Under the pieces are notes generated by a model, which saw nothing but the letters and a program-made list of their open reading frames with translations, was not told where the DNA came from and searched no databases. A stretch of DNA of 64,000 nucleotides, taken from Obrimoposthia wandeli (Eukaryota). Location of the stretch: positions 1-64,000 of the forward strand of contig CDROCS010000666.1 of assembly GCA_977020255.1 (NCBI GenBank), written 5' to 3'. The first letter of the stretch is position 1; each line of letters opens with the position of its first letter. Shown here one piece after another: positions 1-8,244 of this stretch. The position numbers and the translations under genes are program-made.

Positions 1-2
1 CG

Positions 3-188
3 CTAAATTTTTACGGTAAAATCCCAAACTTTATCAAATTCTTCTTCAATATGTATTTGATTGACTATATTGCTTTCACTAGGTGGTGCATAGTTCAAAC
101 TTGATGTTGCACAACCGGTTAGAAGTAATGGAACTACCAACATTATTCTTTTTTTAATCATCTCAATTGTCCTTAAATCATCTATCAA
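3..188 (-). CDS. Cassette lipoprotein, partial (runs off the window edge)
   Basis: KKR-hydrophobic-LLTGC lipobox; start just inside the attC at 193. Confidence 0.75.
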   Translation of the reverse strand: MIDDLRTIEMIKKRIMLVVPLLLTGCATSSLNYAPPSESNIVNQIHIEEEFDKVWDFTVKI

Positions 189-192
189 AAAA

Positions 193-297
193 ACCTAACG
201 TCTAACATAAGTTGCACCACGGCTAACTCACCAAGCGCGCTGAACTCCATGCCAAAACTGCGCAGTAAAACGTGTCAACTTGATGTGCTTGTTACAA
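193..297 (-). repeat. attC 1, resident 105-bp family
   Basis: acctaac...gttacaa ends; CAT-C-AAGTTG/CAACTTATG stem with extrahelical base. Confidence 0.95.
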
Positions 298-751
298 CCT
301 ATATAACTCAATAACTTAAAACCAAAATACAGCACAAAACTTTCAACAACAAATCACCCTTTCTCTTTTGCGATTCGCGCAACGCGACTCAATAAGCACA
401 TCGTGAATTTTCACCTAAAGCGACTTAGTAAACACTGAAGCTAAACACAATACAGATGAGAACTTTTGTTGCGGCACGCGAATATTGAAGAATTACTCTG
501 CACACTTGGCAATGAATTTAGACCCACAATATTTGAACCGCAACGGGCGTAATAACTGACACCATCAGTGAAAAATTGCGGCTAAAGAATTTATTGGACA
601 CGATAGAAGCTTGGCAAGAAAGTATTGTATGCGTCAAGCCTTGAACCGTAATAACCGACAAACGAAACTCACTGCAATTCGACTGACAAGAGATTAAAAG
701 AGCAACCACTTGCCGAAGACAAAACCATAAAGATTAAGGCTAAGATGGAGG
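298..751 (-). mobile_element. Gene-less cassette family A, copy A1
   Basis: ~454-bp body repeated 12 times; no conserved ORF; ends gttacaacct/aggttgtaac are complementary. Confidence 0.9.
324..352 (-). promoter_or_regulatory. Candidate sigma70 promoter at the 3' end of family A cassettes (TTGTTG-17-TATTTT), shown for A1
   Basis: Spacing preserved in most copies; -10 is TATTAT in A5 and A7; points to the next cassette. Confidence 0.4.
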
Positions 752-856
752 TTGTAACGTCTAACATAAGTTGCACCACTGCTAACTTACCAAGCACACT
801 GAACCCCATACCAAAACCGCGGAGTAAAACGTGTCAACTTTATGTTTTTGTTATGT
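752..856 (-). repeat. attC 2, resident family
   Basis: ttgtaac...gttatgt. Confidence 0.95.
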
Positions 857-1291
857 TTTATTACCAGATAGGAATCCTATCAGCTCTTCCTCCGCTGGTT
901 TCAAGTCTTTAACACCATCTGAAATCAACCAAGCCTCATCGCTAATCCAGATGCAAAAATCTCTGTAAGATGAATCCAAGGCCGTCGAATTAATGTTCAT
1001 TGCGTGCAGTTTATTTACTACGTCAAAGAACTGTATTTCATCTTGTTTATATGAAATGAAAATTTGATAAGTAACTTGTTTAAAGGCTTCATTTTCATCT
1101 TGCTCGCCGAGTGACGACAGAATACTTAGTTGTTCATGAAGCGTATTAGCTAAAGATAATTCAAATAAGATTTCATCAGGATCATCCGAAAACCTAATTT
1201 TATCATCAGCCCATATAACTAGATCATCATACGAAATCATGGCACATAGGGCTTCAAACTCTTTTATTTTGTAATCCAATAAAGCCGACAT
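851..1291 (-). CDS. Cassette hypothetical protein (146 aa, acidic, helical)
   Basis: ORF fills the cassette; GGTGG RBS; stop inside R''. Confidence 0.85.
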   Translation of the reverse strand: MSALLDYKIKEFEALCAMISYDDLVIWADDKIRFSDDPDEILFELSLANTLHEQLSILSSLGEQDENEAFKQVTYQIFISYKQDEIQFFDVVNKLHAMNINSTALDSSYRDFCIWISDEAWLISDGVKDLKPAEEELIGFLSGNKT

Positions 1292-1304
1292 AATTCCACC
1301 TAAA

Positions 1305-1409
1305 ACATAACGCCTAACATAAGTTGCACCACGACCAGCTTACCAAGCGCACTGAACTCCATACCAAAACTGCGGAGTAAAACGTGTCAACTTGATGTGC
1401 TTGTTACAA
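1305..1409 (-). repeat. attC 3, resident family
   Basis: acataac...gttacaa. Confidence 0.95.
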
Positions 1410-1862
1410 CCGATATAACTCAATAACTTAGAACTAAAATACAGCGTATAACGTCCAACAACAACTCGCCTTTTCTCTTTTGCGATTCACTTAAAGCACC
1501 CCATAATTACAGAGTCGATTATCACTTAAAGCGACTTAGTAAACGCTGAAGCCAAACACAATACAGATGAGAACTTTTGTTGCGGCACGCGAATATTGAA
1601 GGATGCCTTTGCCTACTTGGCAATGAATTGTGAGCCACAAGATTTAAACCGCAACGGGCGTAATAAATAGCAACATCAGTGAACAATTGCGGCTAAAGAA
1701 CTTATTGAGCACGATAAAAACGTGGCAAGAAAGCCTTGTATGCGCCAAGCCTTGAACCGCAATAACCGACAAACGAAACTCACTGCAATTCAACTGACAA
1801 GAGATTAAAAGAGCAACCACTTGCCGAAGACCAAACCATAAAGATTAGGGCTAAGATGAAGG
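1410..1862 (-). mobile_element. Gene-less cassette A2
   Basis: Homologous to A1 over its full length. Confidence 0.9.
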
Positions 1863-1967
1863 TTGTAACGTCTAACATAAGTTGCACCACGGCTAACTCA
1901 CCAAGCGCACTGAACTCCATACCAAAACTGCGGAGTAAAACGTGTCAACTTGATGTGCTTGTTACAA
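1863..1967 (-). repeat. attC 4, resident family
   Basis: ttgtaac...gttacaa. Confidence 0.95.
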
Positions 1968-2421
1968 CCGATATAACTCAATAACTTAGAACTAAAATAC
2001 AGCGTATAACTTCCAACAACAACTCGCCTTTTCTCTTTTGCGATTCACTCAACGCTACCCCATAATCACAGAGTGAGTTATCACTTAAAGCGACTTAGTA
2101 AACGCTGAAGCCAAACACAATACAGATGAGAACTTTTGTTGCGGCACGCGAAGATTGAAGAATTACCCTGCACACTTGGCAATGAATTGTGAGCCACAAA
2201 ATTTGAACCGCAACGGGCGTAAAAACTCACACCATCAGTGAACAATTGCGGCTAAAGAACTTATTAATCACGATAGAAACTTGGCAAGAAAGTATTGTTT
2301 TCGCCAAGCCTTGAACCGCAATAACCGACAAACGAAACTCACTGCATTTCGACTGACAAGATATTAAAAAAGCGACCACTTGCCGAAGAACAAACCATAA
2401 AGATTAGGGCTAAGATGAAGG
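1968..2421 (-). mobile_element. Gene-less cassette A3
   Basis: Homologous to A1/A2. Confidence 0.9.
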
Positions 2422-2526
2422 TTGTAACGCCAGCCATAAGGTGCGCCACGATGAACCAACAAAGCGCACAAAACTTTATACCAAAACTGCGGAGTAAAAG
2501 GCGTCAATTTGATGGCTTTGTTATGG
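2422..2526 (-). repeat. attC 5, diverged 105-bp variant
   Basis: ttgtaac...gttatgg; same length, altered L boxes. Confidence 0.88.
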
Positions 2527-2553
2527 CGCTTGGACTCAAACGCTATGTGTTGG

Positions 2554-2892
2554 CTACCTCCGTGATAAAAAGTAACCAGCACGTTGTAATTCTTTTATTT
2601 TGACCTTTCCAAGGTAATACATTGCTGGCGCCATGATTGCAAAATAACCAAATAGCACAACAAATAAGGTATACGTTGATTCTTGTATGGCAGGTTGATT
2701 GCTGCTGATGAGATAAAACATAGGGAAAACAACTAGAACAGAAAACACCACGTATAGGATCATACTGATGATAGCTTTAACAGCACCAGAGAATATCTTA
2801 GCAATACCAAGTAACAGATATACATACATCACCGTTGCGATGAAGACTGTGGGTATACCGAGACCAACTAATTTGAGCAACTCAATTTCCAT
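2554..2892 (-). CDS. Cassette membrane protein (112 aa, ~3 TM)
   Basis: Hydrophobic ORF within the cassette; ~175-nt leader. Confidence 0.85.
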   Translation of the reverse strand: MEIELLKLVGLGIPTVFIATVMYVYLLLGIAKIFSGAVKAIISMILYVVFSVLVVFPMFYLISSNQPAIQESTYTLFVVLFGYFAIMAPAMYYLGKVKIKELQRAGYFLSRR

Positions 2893-3066
2893 AAAACACT
2901 TACACCTAAATCCATTATCGCTACTTAGGTTAACCTTGATATCATAATCACAAATTAACTTTCGCTATATATCTATACTACTTGCCACCTAAAGTACGAC
3001 TTTACAAATGGTGCTCAAGTCAGCATTAAAACAACTAGTATGTGCACGATGTACACAAAGTTTGCG

Positions 3067-3165
3067 CCATAACGCCGCATTAAGCGGACAAAAATAGTGG
3101 GTTAAAATGTGTAGCGAAGCGAAACGTAACCCACTGTTTTTGTCCGTTTAAATGCCTTGTTATAC
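3067..3165 (-). repeat. attC 6, foreign type (99 bp, gcgaagcgaa loop)
   Basis: ccataac...gttatac with long perfect stem cggacaaaaa/tttttgtccg. Confidence 0.9.
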
Positions 3166-3228
3166 CCACGAGCACATCAATATAGCCCACAGACTTGCTA
3201 GTACCCGAAATCCAAGCAGTCAATGAAC

Positions 3229-3257
3229 TTGACAATCGCACTTAAGGGGTGCAAAAT
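3229..3257 (+). promoter_or_regulatory. Internal sigma70 promoter of the inverted cassette (TTGACA-17-CAAAAT) with flanking GGGTGC/GTACCC inverted repeat
   Basis: Perfect -35 and 17-bp spacer; AAGGAG RBS at 3275-3280 before ATG 3286. Confidence 0.75.
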
Positions 3258-3285
3258 AAAAAACGTACCCACAAAAGGAGCTAGT

Positions 3286-3771
3286 ATGCCCGAGATTAAA
3301 TTTAGAGTCGATGATGCCATAAAGTCAGAGTTTGATAAAGCTTGCAAATATAAAGGTGAAACAGCAAGCAAAATACTTAGAGATGCAATGTGCAAATATG
3401 TTGCAGATAACAAGCCTGAGTTATTTATTAAGGTTAAGCTTTCTAAACCTGAAGAATATCAGCATGGAGCGTGGTTGGTAACGACCGAACCCCTTCGGGA
3501 CTTAACTAGCTTGAAAGAAAATGATATCCCATTTAAATTTCCCAAACTTAAAGACCGTATATTTGTTGCTGATGCAGAATTTCGAAGCGTATTTAACAAT
3601 GAAAACGGATGTGAATTAGGAGGCCTTTTGCTGAAAGGCAGTTGGACAGGGCATTGTTATAGTAACGGTTGTTCTGAAAATGAAAATCGCACACCAATTT
3701 CTGAAGTTCAGATTAAGCTCGAAACAGAAATAAATAAAGTTCTAGAACATTTCATTGGCAACAAAACTTAA
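3286..3771 (+). CDS. Inverted cassette gene: N-terminal ribbon-helix-helix (CopG/RelB-like) domain fused to an unknown ~120-aa domain
   Basis: MPEIKFRVDDAIKSEFDKACKYKGETASKILRDAM fits the RHH pattern; start reassigned from 3223 to 3286 on RBS/promoter grounds. Confidence 0.8.
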   Translation: MPEIKFRVDDAIKSEFDKACKYKGETASKILRDAMCKYVADNKPELFIKVKLSKPEEYQHGAWLVTTEPLRDLTSLKENDIPFKFPKLKDRIFVADAEFRSVFNNENGCELGGLLLKGSWTGHCYSNGCSENENRTPISEVQIKLETEINKVLEHFIGNKT

Positions 3772-3775
3772 GGGG

Positions 3776-3880
3776 GTATAACGCCAAACATAAGTTGCAC
3801 CACGACTAACTCACCAAGCGCACAAAATTTCATACCAAAATTGCGGAGTAAAAGGTGTCAACTTGATGTTCTTGTTAAAT
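3776..3880 (-). repeat. attC 7, resident family
   Basis: gtataac...gttaaat. Confidence 0.93.
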
Positions 3881-3890
3881 GGTTGATTAC

Positions 3891-4166
3891 TCACTTATTA
3901 CCAGAAGTCACTTTTGCAAAGGGGCAAACGTAGTAACACCCGAGGCCTAATATAGCTGCTAGTGCAATTGCAAAAAACATATGAAAATTAAAACTTAACG
4001 CGACCTGTACAGAGATAACTGTAACAAAGCTTGCTAACACAATTGATATTAAGGATACACGCCAATTTTTATGGCAACTTGGGCACGACTTAGGCCTATT
4101 AGATATAGTAAACATCGCACTAGATAAAGATATTACCTTAGCCTTGCAATGTGGGCACTTGAACAT
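3891..4166 (-). CDS. cxxc_20_cxxc-type zinc-ribbon membrane protein (cassette)
   Basis: CPHC-x20-CPSC followed by two hydrophobic helices. Confidence 0.8.
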   Translation of the reverse strand: MFKCPHCKAKVISLSSAMFTISNRPKSCPSCHKNWRVSLISIVLASFVTVISVQVALSFNFHMFFAIALAAILGLGCYYVCPFAKVTSGNK

Positions 4167-4367
4167 GAATACTCCATTTCATAGATTGAACACAAATTGA
4201 ATTATATCTTATTGAGCTATTTTAGATAAAACCGCTCTGTTCAGCATTTAAGTTGGTTTGGATTCAAAATTAATTTGTCCATTAATACAAAATATAAGTG
4301 TACAATTAAGCTTAAAAAAGTCACTTATGAGTTTCAACTTAAAACCTGAACAGAGCCAGATAAAACC

Positions 4368-4459
4368 ATTTAACGCCCTGTTAAGCTGTAAAAAATAGTT
4401 GGCTATAATCGCGAAGCGATGGCCAACTGTTTTTTATCAGTTTAAACAGCTTGTTATGT
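4368..4459 (-). repeat. attC 8, foreign type (92 bp)
   Basis: atttaac...gttatgt; gcgaagcga loop. Confidence 0.9.
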
Positions 4460-4819
4460 GTTTGCTCGTATTTCAGCAATAATTTGGCTTGTGTCATTTC
4501 CAAGCTGAGCTTGTTGCCATAAATCCTGTAATTCAACTTGATTCTCAAGCACCCAAACCTTTACGGTTTTATCATATTTCTTAGAAAGGCTCCCTACAAG
4601 CCTGTCGCCAGAATTCACACAATATGATGCTACATGTGTATTTTTTCCGTAATCGATGTGCACGTGTGGATTCGAGTGTTGCTTTTCTTGATACATTTTA
4701 ATTTTTAAGTTATCTAGTTTTAGTACCAGTAAAGACATACCAGCATTAGACTGCTGTGAGTACAAATCTATTTCAGCTAAACGTCGCTGCAATTGCTTTA
4801 TTTCAACTTCAATACTCAT
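4454..4819 (-). CDS. DUF4160-like protein (cassette)
   Basis: IKMY..H.NPHVHI motif and ENQVELQDLW C-terminal helix. Confidence 0.7.
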   Translation of the reverse strand: MSIEVEIKQLQRRLAEIDLYSQQSNAGMSLLVLKLDNLKIKMYQEKQHSNPHVHIDYGKNTHVASYCVNSGDRLVGSLSKKYDKTVKVWVLENQVELQDLWQQAQLGNDTSQIIAEIRANT

Positions 4820-4851
4820 ATTAGATAAACACTCTCAATCTTAGGATTAAC

Positions 4852-4956
4852 ACATAACGTCTAACATAAGTTGCACCACGACCAACTCACCAAGCACACC
4901 GAACTTCATACCAAAACTGCGCAGTAAAACGTGTCAACTTGATGTGCTTGTTACAA
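4852..4956 (-). repeat. attC 9, resident family
   Basis: acataac...gttacaa. Confidence 0.95.
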
Positions 4957-5410
4957 CCTATATAACTCAACAACTTAGAACAAAAATACAGCACAAAACT
5001 TTCAACAACAACGCGCCTTTTCCCTTTTGCGATTCACTCAACGGTACTCAATAATCACAGGCTGGATTATCACTTGAAGCGACTTAGTAAACGCTGAAGC
5101 CAAACACAAACCAGATGAAAACCTTTGTTGCGGCACGCGAATATTAAAAACGACCCTACACACTTGGCTATGAATTTAGAGCCGCAAAACTTGAACTGCA
5201 ACGGGCGTAATCACCAACAACATCAGTGAACAATTGCGGCTAAAGAACTTATTAAGCGCGATAGAAATTTGGCAAGAAAGCCTTATATACACCAAGCCAA
5301 AAACCGCAAATAACCGATAAACGAAACTCACTGCATTTCGACTGGAAAGATATTAGAAGTGCTTCCACTTGCCGAAGAACAAACCATAAAAATTATGGCT
5401 AAGATGGAGG
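4957..5410 (-). mobile_element. Gene-less cassette A4
   Basis: Homologous to family A. Confidence 0.9.
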
Positions 5411-5510
5411 TTGTAACGCCGAACATAAGTTGCACCACGGCTAACTCACCATGAAAACCGAACTTCATACCAAAACTGCGGAGTAAAACGTGTCAACTTG
5501 ATGTTTTTAT
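5411..5510 (-). repeat. attC 10, resident family with R'' box deleted
   Basis: Normal until gatgttttt; no GTT box at the expected position. Confidence 0.8.
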
Positions 5511-5539
5511 TGCCATTTCTACGATTATTCGATTCCAGC

Positions 5540-5917
5540 TTAAGTATATGAATCATGTGTTAGCCACATAATTTCCAATGCAAAAACTGGTGACGATAAA
5601 AATAATCCCAGCCAGATACTTTGCTCAAAAATGACCTTAAATGGTTCGTAAGCTGCCCAAAATATATAGGCAAAACAAGTAATTATAAAGATGATGTATT
5701 TCGATTGCAGTTTACTAATTTGATAATTAACCTGTTCTGCAGACCATCGTTCTTTTCTAATGCGTTTCAGCATTTTTAACTTAAATCGGCGACTTACTTT
5801 CTTCAAGATGAATGGCAGATTTTTAACAATCCACGCAAGGACTAGACCAAGTACCAAGAAGAAGACACCAGTAAACCACCAAGATGGGTCACTCAAATTA
5901 TCATAAATTTTCTGCAT
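5540..5917 (-). CDS. Cassette membrane protein (125 aa, 3 TM), possibly truncated at the 3' end
   Basis: Hydrophobic-basic-hydrophobic pattern; stop ~30 nt before a damaged attC. Confidence 0.75.
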   Translation of the reverse strand: MQKIYDNLSDPSWWFTGVFFLVLGLVLAWIVKNLPFILKKVSRRFKLKMLKRIRKERWSAEQVNYQISKLQSKYIIFIITCFAYIFWAAYEPFKVIFEQSIWLGLFLSSPVFALEIMWLTHDSYT

Positions 5918-5930
5918 GCTTACCTTTTAT

Positions 5931-6053
5931 GTATAACGCCTAAGCACATGCGCCCGTTATTCACAGGTGTAAAAGTTGAATACCGTAAACACCAAAGCCA
6001 ATTCAAACCAAAACTGCCGAGTGTAACGGGTCGCATGGTGCTTTTTGTTATGT
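5931..6053 (-). repeat. attC 11, foreign Vibrio-like type (123 bp)
   Basis: gtataac...gttatgt; long A/C-rich variable terminal structure. Confidence 0.9.
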
Positions 6054-6056
6054 GCT

Positions 6057-6236
6057 CTACTTACAATATTTGATGATATTTTTCACGTTACTAATTAGTA
6101 ATAGCACACAAAGACCTACTAACACCATTGTATCAAGCCCTCCATCATCATCGGTATACCATGCTAAAACTAAACCTAATAAAAGAGCGAGAACGTCAGC
6201 TAAGACTAACTTTTGTTGCAACCTATTTAAATTCAT
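6057..6236 (-). CDS. Small 2-TM protein, second gene of a bicistronic cassette
   Basis: Two hydrophobic helices around a DDDGG loop; start overlaps the upstream stop; stop next to R''. Confidence 0.7.
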   Translation of the reverse strand: MNLNRLQQKLVLADVLALLLGLVLAWYTDDDGGLDTMVLVGLCVLLLISNVKNIIKYCK

Positions 6237-6765
6237 AATCACTAGTCTTCTGTCTACGTTTCAACTCATTGTTAGTATCTTTTTTCATTATTTCATTAGC
6301 TGATAATATTACGGACAATAAAATCGCATATGGCTTTGAATTCTTGAGATTTTTAAAGTTTTTAACTAAATCCTGAGCTGTTTTAACACCCGCCAAACCA
6401 AATAGCTTAGTGATGACTTCATGTTCCTTTAATTTTTCATTTAACTCATTAGTAGTTAACGACCATAGCCCCCAATTCTTGTTGACTAATGTTACTGTTA
6501 CAGCTTCACCTCTCAGGTATACAGCTAATTTTTTATTTGGATGCTCTAGATACATCCTTAATGTTTGATTTCTACCTAATCGATCTAGGTGTGGATACAA
6601 TATCGTTGCAACCATGAGCTTAACGTCATCATTATTTGCTGATTTAATATATGATTTAGGAACTGAAAGAATTTTAGCAAAATATTCAGCTTGTTTTGTA
6701 ACATCTGTTGGGACCTTGTAAGGCATCCACTCATAGTTGTTTATTTGAGCAATTAATGGATTCAT
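6223..6765 (-). CDS. Basic hypothetical protein (180 aa), first gene of a bicistronic cassette
   Basis: ATG 6765 with AAGGG RBS (track start 6828 extends into the leader). Confidence 0.8.
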   Translation of the reverse strand: MNPLIAQINNYEWMPYKVPTDVTKQAEYFAKILSVPKSYIKSANNDDVKLMVATILYPHLDRLGRNQTLRMYLEHPNKKLAVYLRGEAVTVTLVNKNWGLWSLTTNELNEKLKEHEVITKLFGLAGVKTAQDLVKNFKNLKNSKPYAILLSVILSANEIMKKDTNNELKRRQKTSDYEFK

Positions 6766-6790
6766 GAATAATACCCTTATCTGTAAATAT

Positions 6791-6825
6791 GGATAATTAT
6801 CCAAACCTTGGATTAGCATGCACAA
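6791..6825 (-). promoter_or_regulatory. Candidate internal promoter TTGTGC-18-GATAAT overlapped by the palindrome GGATAATTATCC
   Basis: Perfect 12-bp palindrome at 6791-6802 on the -10 box. Confidence 0.4.
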
Positions 6826-6925
6826 CAATGATTCGACTTAACTATCATAGTTGCGATGAGTATCATGCAGTAGTAACAATAACATGCATGTTCACACAGT
6901 TTTTTGGGATGATTAACAATCAAGC

Positions 6926-7032
6926 ACATAACGCCGCCATAACACGTGCTGACGACTCACTTTCCAAACCAATTATACTCTAAACCAAAAACGCCGAATG
7001 TTATAAGCATCGTGTTGATGGCTTTGTTATGT
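6926..7032 (-). repeat. attC 12, foreign type (107 bp)
   Basis: acataac...gttatgt. Confidence 0.88.
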
Positions 7033-7488
7033 GCGCTGTTGAACATTAAGTACCATTGGAACATAACGAATACCGTTTAAGCTTAACTCTTCTGATACAG
7101 GCTTAAATCCTACTTTTTTATAGAAACCAAGCGCATAAATCGAAGCTTTAACGCTAATTAATTTTGCACCACTTACCGCCTTCATTTGTTCAACTAAACC
7201 CTTAGCTACACCAAAACCGTGATATTCAGTTTTAACGTAAAGATGACCAATATAACTTTCGTCACGCCAAGCTATATAACCGATAATTTCGTTATCAATA
7301 GTGGCTTTAATCGCTGAATAAATACTGGCATCCTTTACCTTGTCGATATCAGATTTAAACGCCATTTTGATAGCTTTTTGACCTTCAGAATTAAGAAGAG
7401 GTACAACATGCTTATCATTAACAGCTTCACCTAATTTAAGAATTACATCTAAATCTTGATGAGTCACTTTTTCATACGAAAATTCCAT
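7027..7488 (-). CDS. GNAT family N-acetyltransferase (cassette)
   Basis: LYVKTEYHGFGVAKGL motif A, ASIYALGFYKKVGF; AGGAG RBS before ATG 7488. Confidence 0.92.
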   Translation of the reverse strand: MEFSYEKVTHQDLDVILKLGEAVNDKHVVPLLNSEGQKAIKMAFKSDIDKVKDASIYSAIKATIDNEIIGYIAWRDESYIGHLYVKTEYHGFGVAKGLVEQMKAVSGAKLISVKASIYALGFYKKVGFKPVSEELSLNGIRYVPMVLNVQQRT

Positions 7489-7501
7489 TTTTACTCCTAG
7501 C

Positions 7502-7626
7502 ACATAACGCCTGCATAACACGTTTGCTACCATGCAGATTAAGCCCAAATTTACCACTTAATACTGCAAACCAAAAGAAACCCAGAATGCCGAATGTAGC
7601 AAATCGTGTTGATGCAATTGTTAGCT
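7502..7626 (-). repeat. attC 13, foreign Vibrio-like type (125 bp)
   Basis: acataac...gttagct. Confidence 0.9.
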
Positions 7627-8223
7627 GCGCCTTTCCAGTTTGAATAACAAACTAGCTTTTGCTGCCAACCATTCACTATTAATTATCGAAAATACAACGG
7701 TATCTCGATAGCTACCATCTGCCATTTGTTGGTGATTTCTAATTACACCGTCCTGCTTTGCACCCAAACGAGCGATTGCATTACGTGAGGCGTGATTATG
7801 CCAATGAGTTCTAAACTCAACTGCGATTGCTGAGAGGTTTTCAAATGCATGAGAAAGAAGAAGGAACTTACATTCGGTATTTACTGATGTTCTCTGATAG
7901 CTTTTCGCATACCACGTATAACCGATTTCTACCCGTTTATTCACACAATCAGCGTGGCATAAGCGAGTTGTACCGATTATCGTTTGAGTTTCATTATCAA
8001 TGACAGAAAAAGCCAAAGAACGCCCAGCGTCTTGTTCGCTTAAAGCCAGTTCAATATAACCGTTTACAGTCTCTTCATTTGGTATTTTTGTATACCATAA
8101 GTCCCAAAGTTCACCATCAGAAGCAGCTTCAACAAGAGCTGACGCATGCTCTAGTTGTAGTGGGATCAATGTGACTATTTTCCCTTTAAGCTCCGTACCT
8201 GAGAGCCATTTCTCACCTTGCAT
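7621..8223 (-). CDS. RimJ/RimL-type GNAT N-acetyltransferase (cassette)
   Basis: EIGYTWYAKSYQRT, NHASRNAIARLGAKQDG; true start after the attC at 8245. Confidence 0.93.
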   Translation of the reverse strand: MQGEKWLSGTELKGKIVTLIPLQLEHASALVEAASDGELWDLWYTKIPNEETVNGYIELALSEQDAGRSLAFSVIDNETQTIIGTTRLCHADCVNKRVEIGYTWYAKSYQRTSVNTECKFLLLSHAFENLSAIAVEFRTHWHNHASRNAIARLGAKQDGVIRNHQQMADGSYRDTVVFSIINSEWLAAKASLLFKLERRS

Positions 8224-8244
8224 ACTAAATTCCTTCTTTGAAGC

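Noticed and set aside
199-206. Second perfect core GTTAGAC 7 bp inside each resident attC as the crossover site
   Set aside because: R'' complementarity consistently matches the outer GTT, so the inner motif is the L'/spacer junction
518-709. Recurrent long frame in family A (VALLISCQSKCSEFRLSVIAVQG..., also 8896-9261 and 10628-10837) as a conserved protein
   Set aside because: Stops fall at different positions in different copies (TAA in A1/A2/A4, TGA in A3, early TAG/TAA in A6/A7), with no ATG or RBS. The A-poor strand makes long frames likely by chance. An ancestral ORF cannot be fully excluded.
2364-2603. ORFs running through attC sites (2364-2582, 2415-2603, 8582-8893, 9705-9929, 11824-12100, 12509-12697)
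   Set aside because: Translations of attC and repeat sequence; the same pseudo-peptides recur at each site
3760-3771. Shared GNK(T) C-termini of several cassette proteins (851, 3286, 3891)
   Set aside because: Largely explained by A-rich sequence at R'' (ACATAA); too short to support a claim
7557-7558. Extended N-termini of the GNAT ORFs in the track (to 7557 and 8346)
   Set aside because: The extensions cross attC sites; RBS-supported starts are 7488 and 8223
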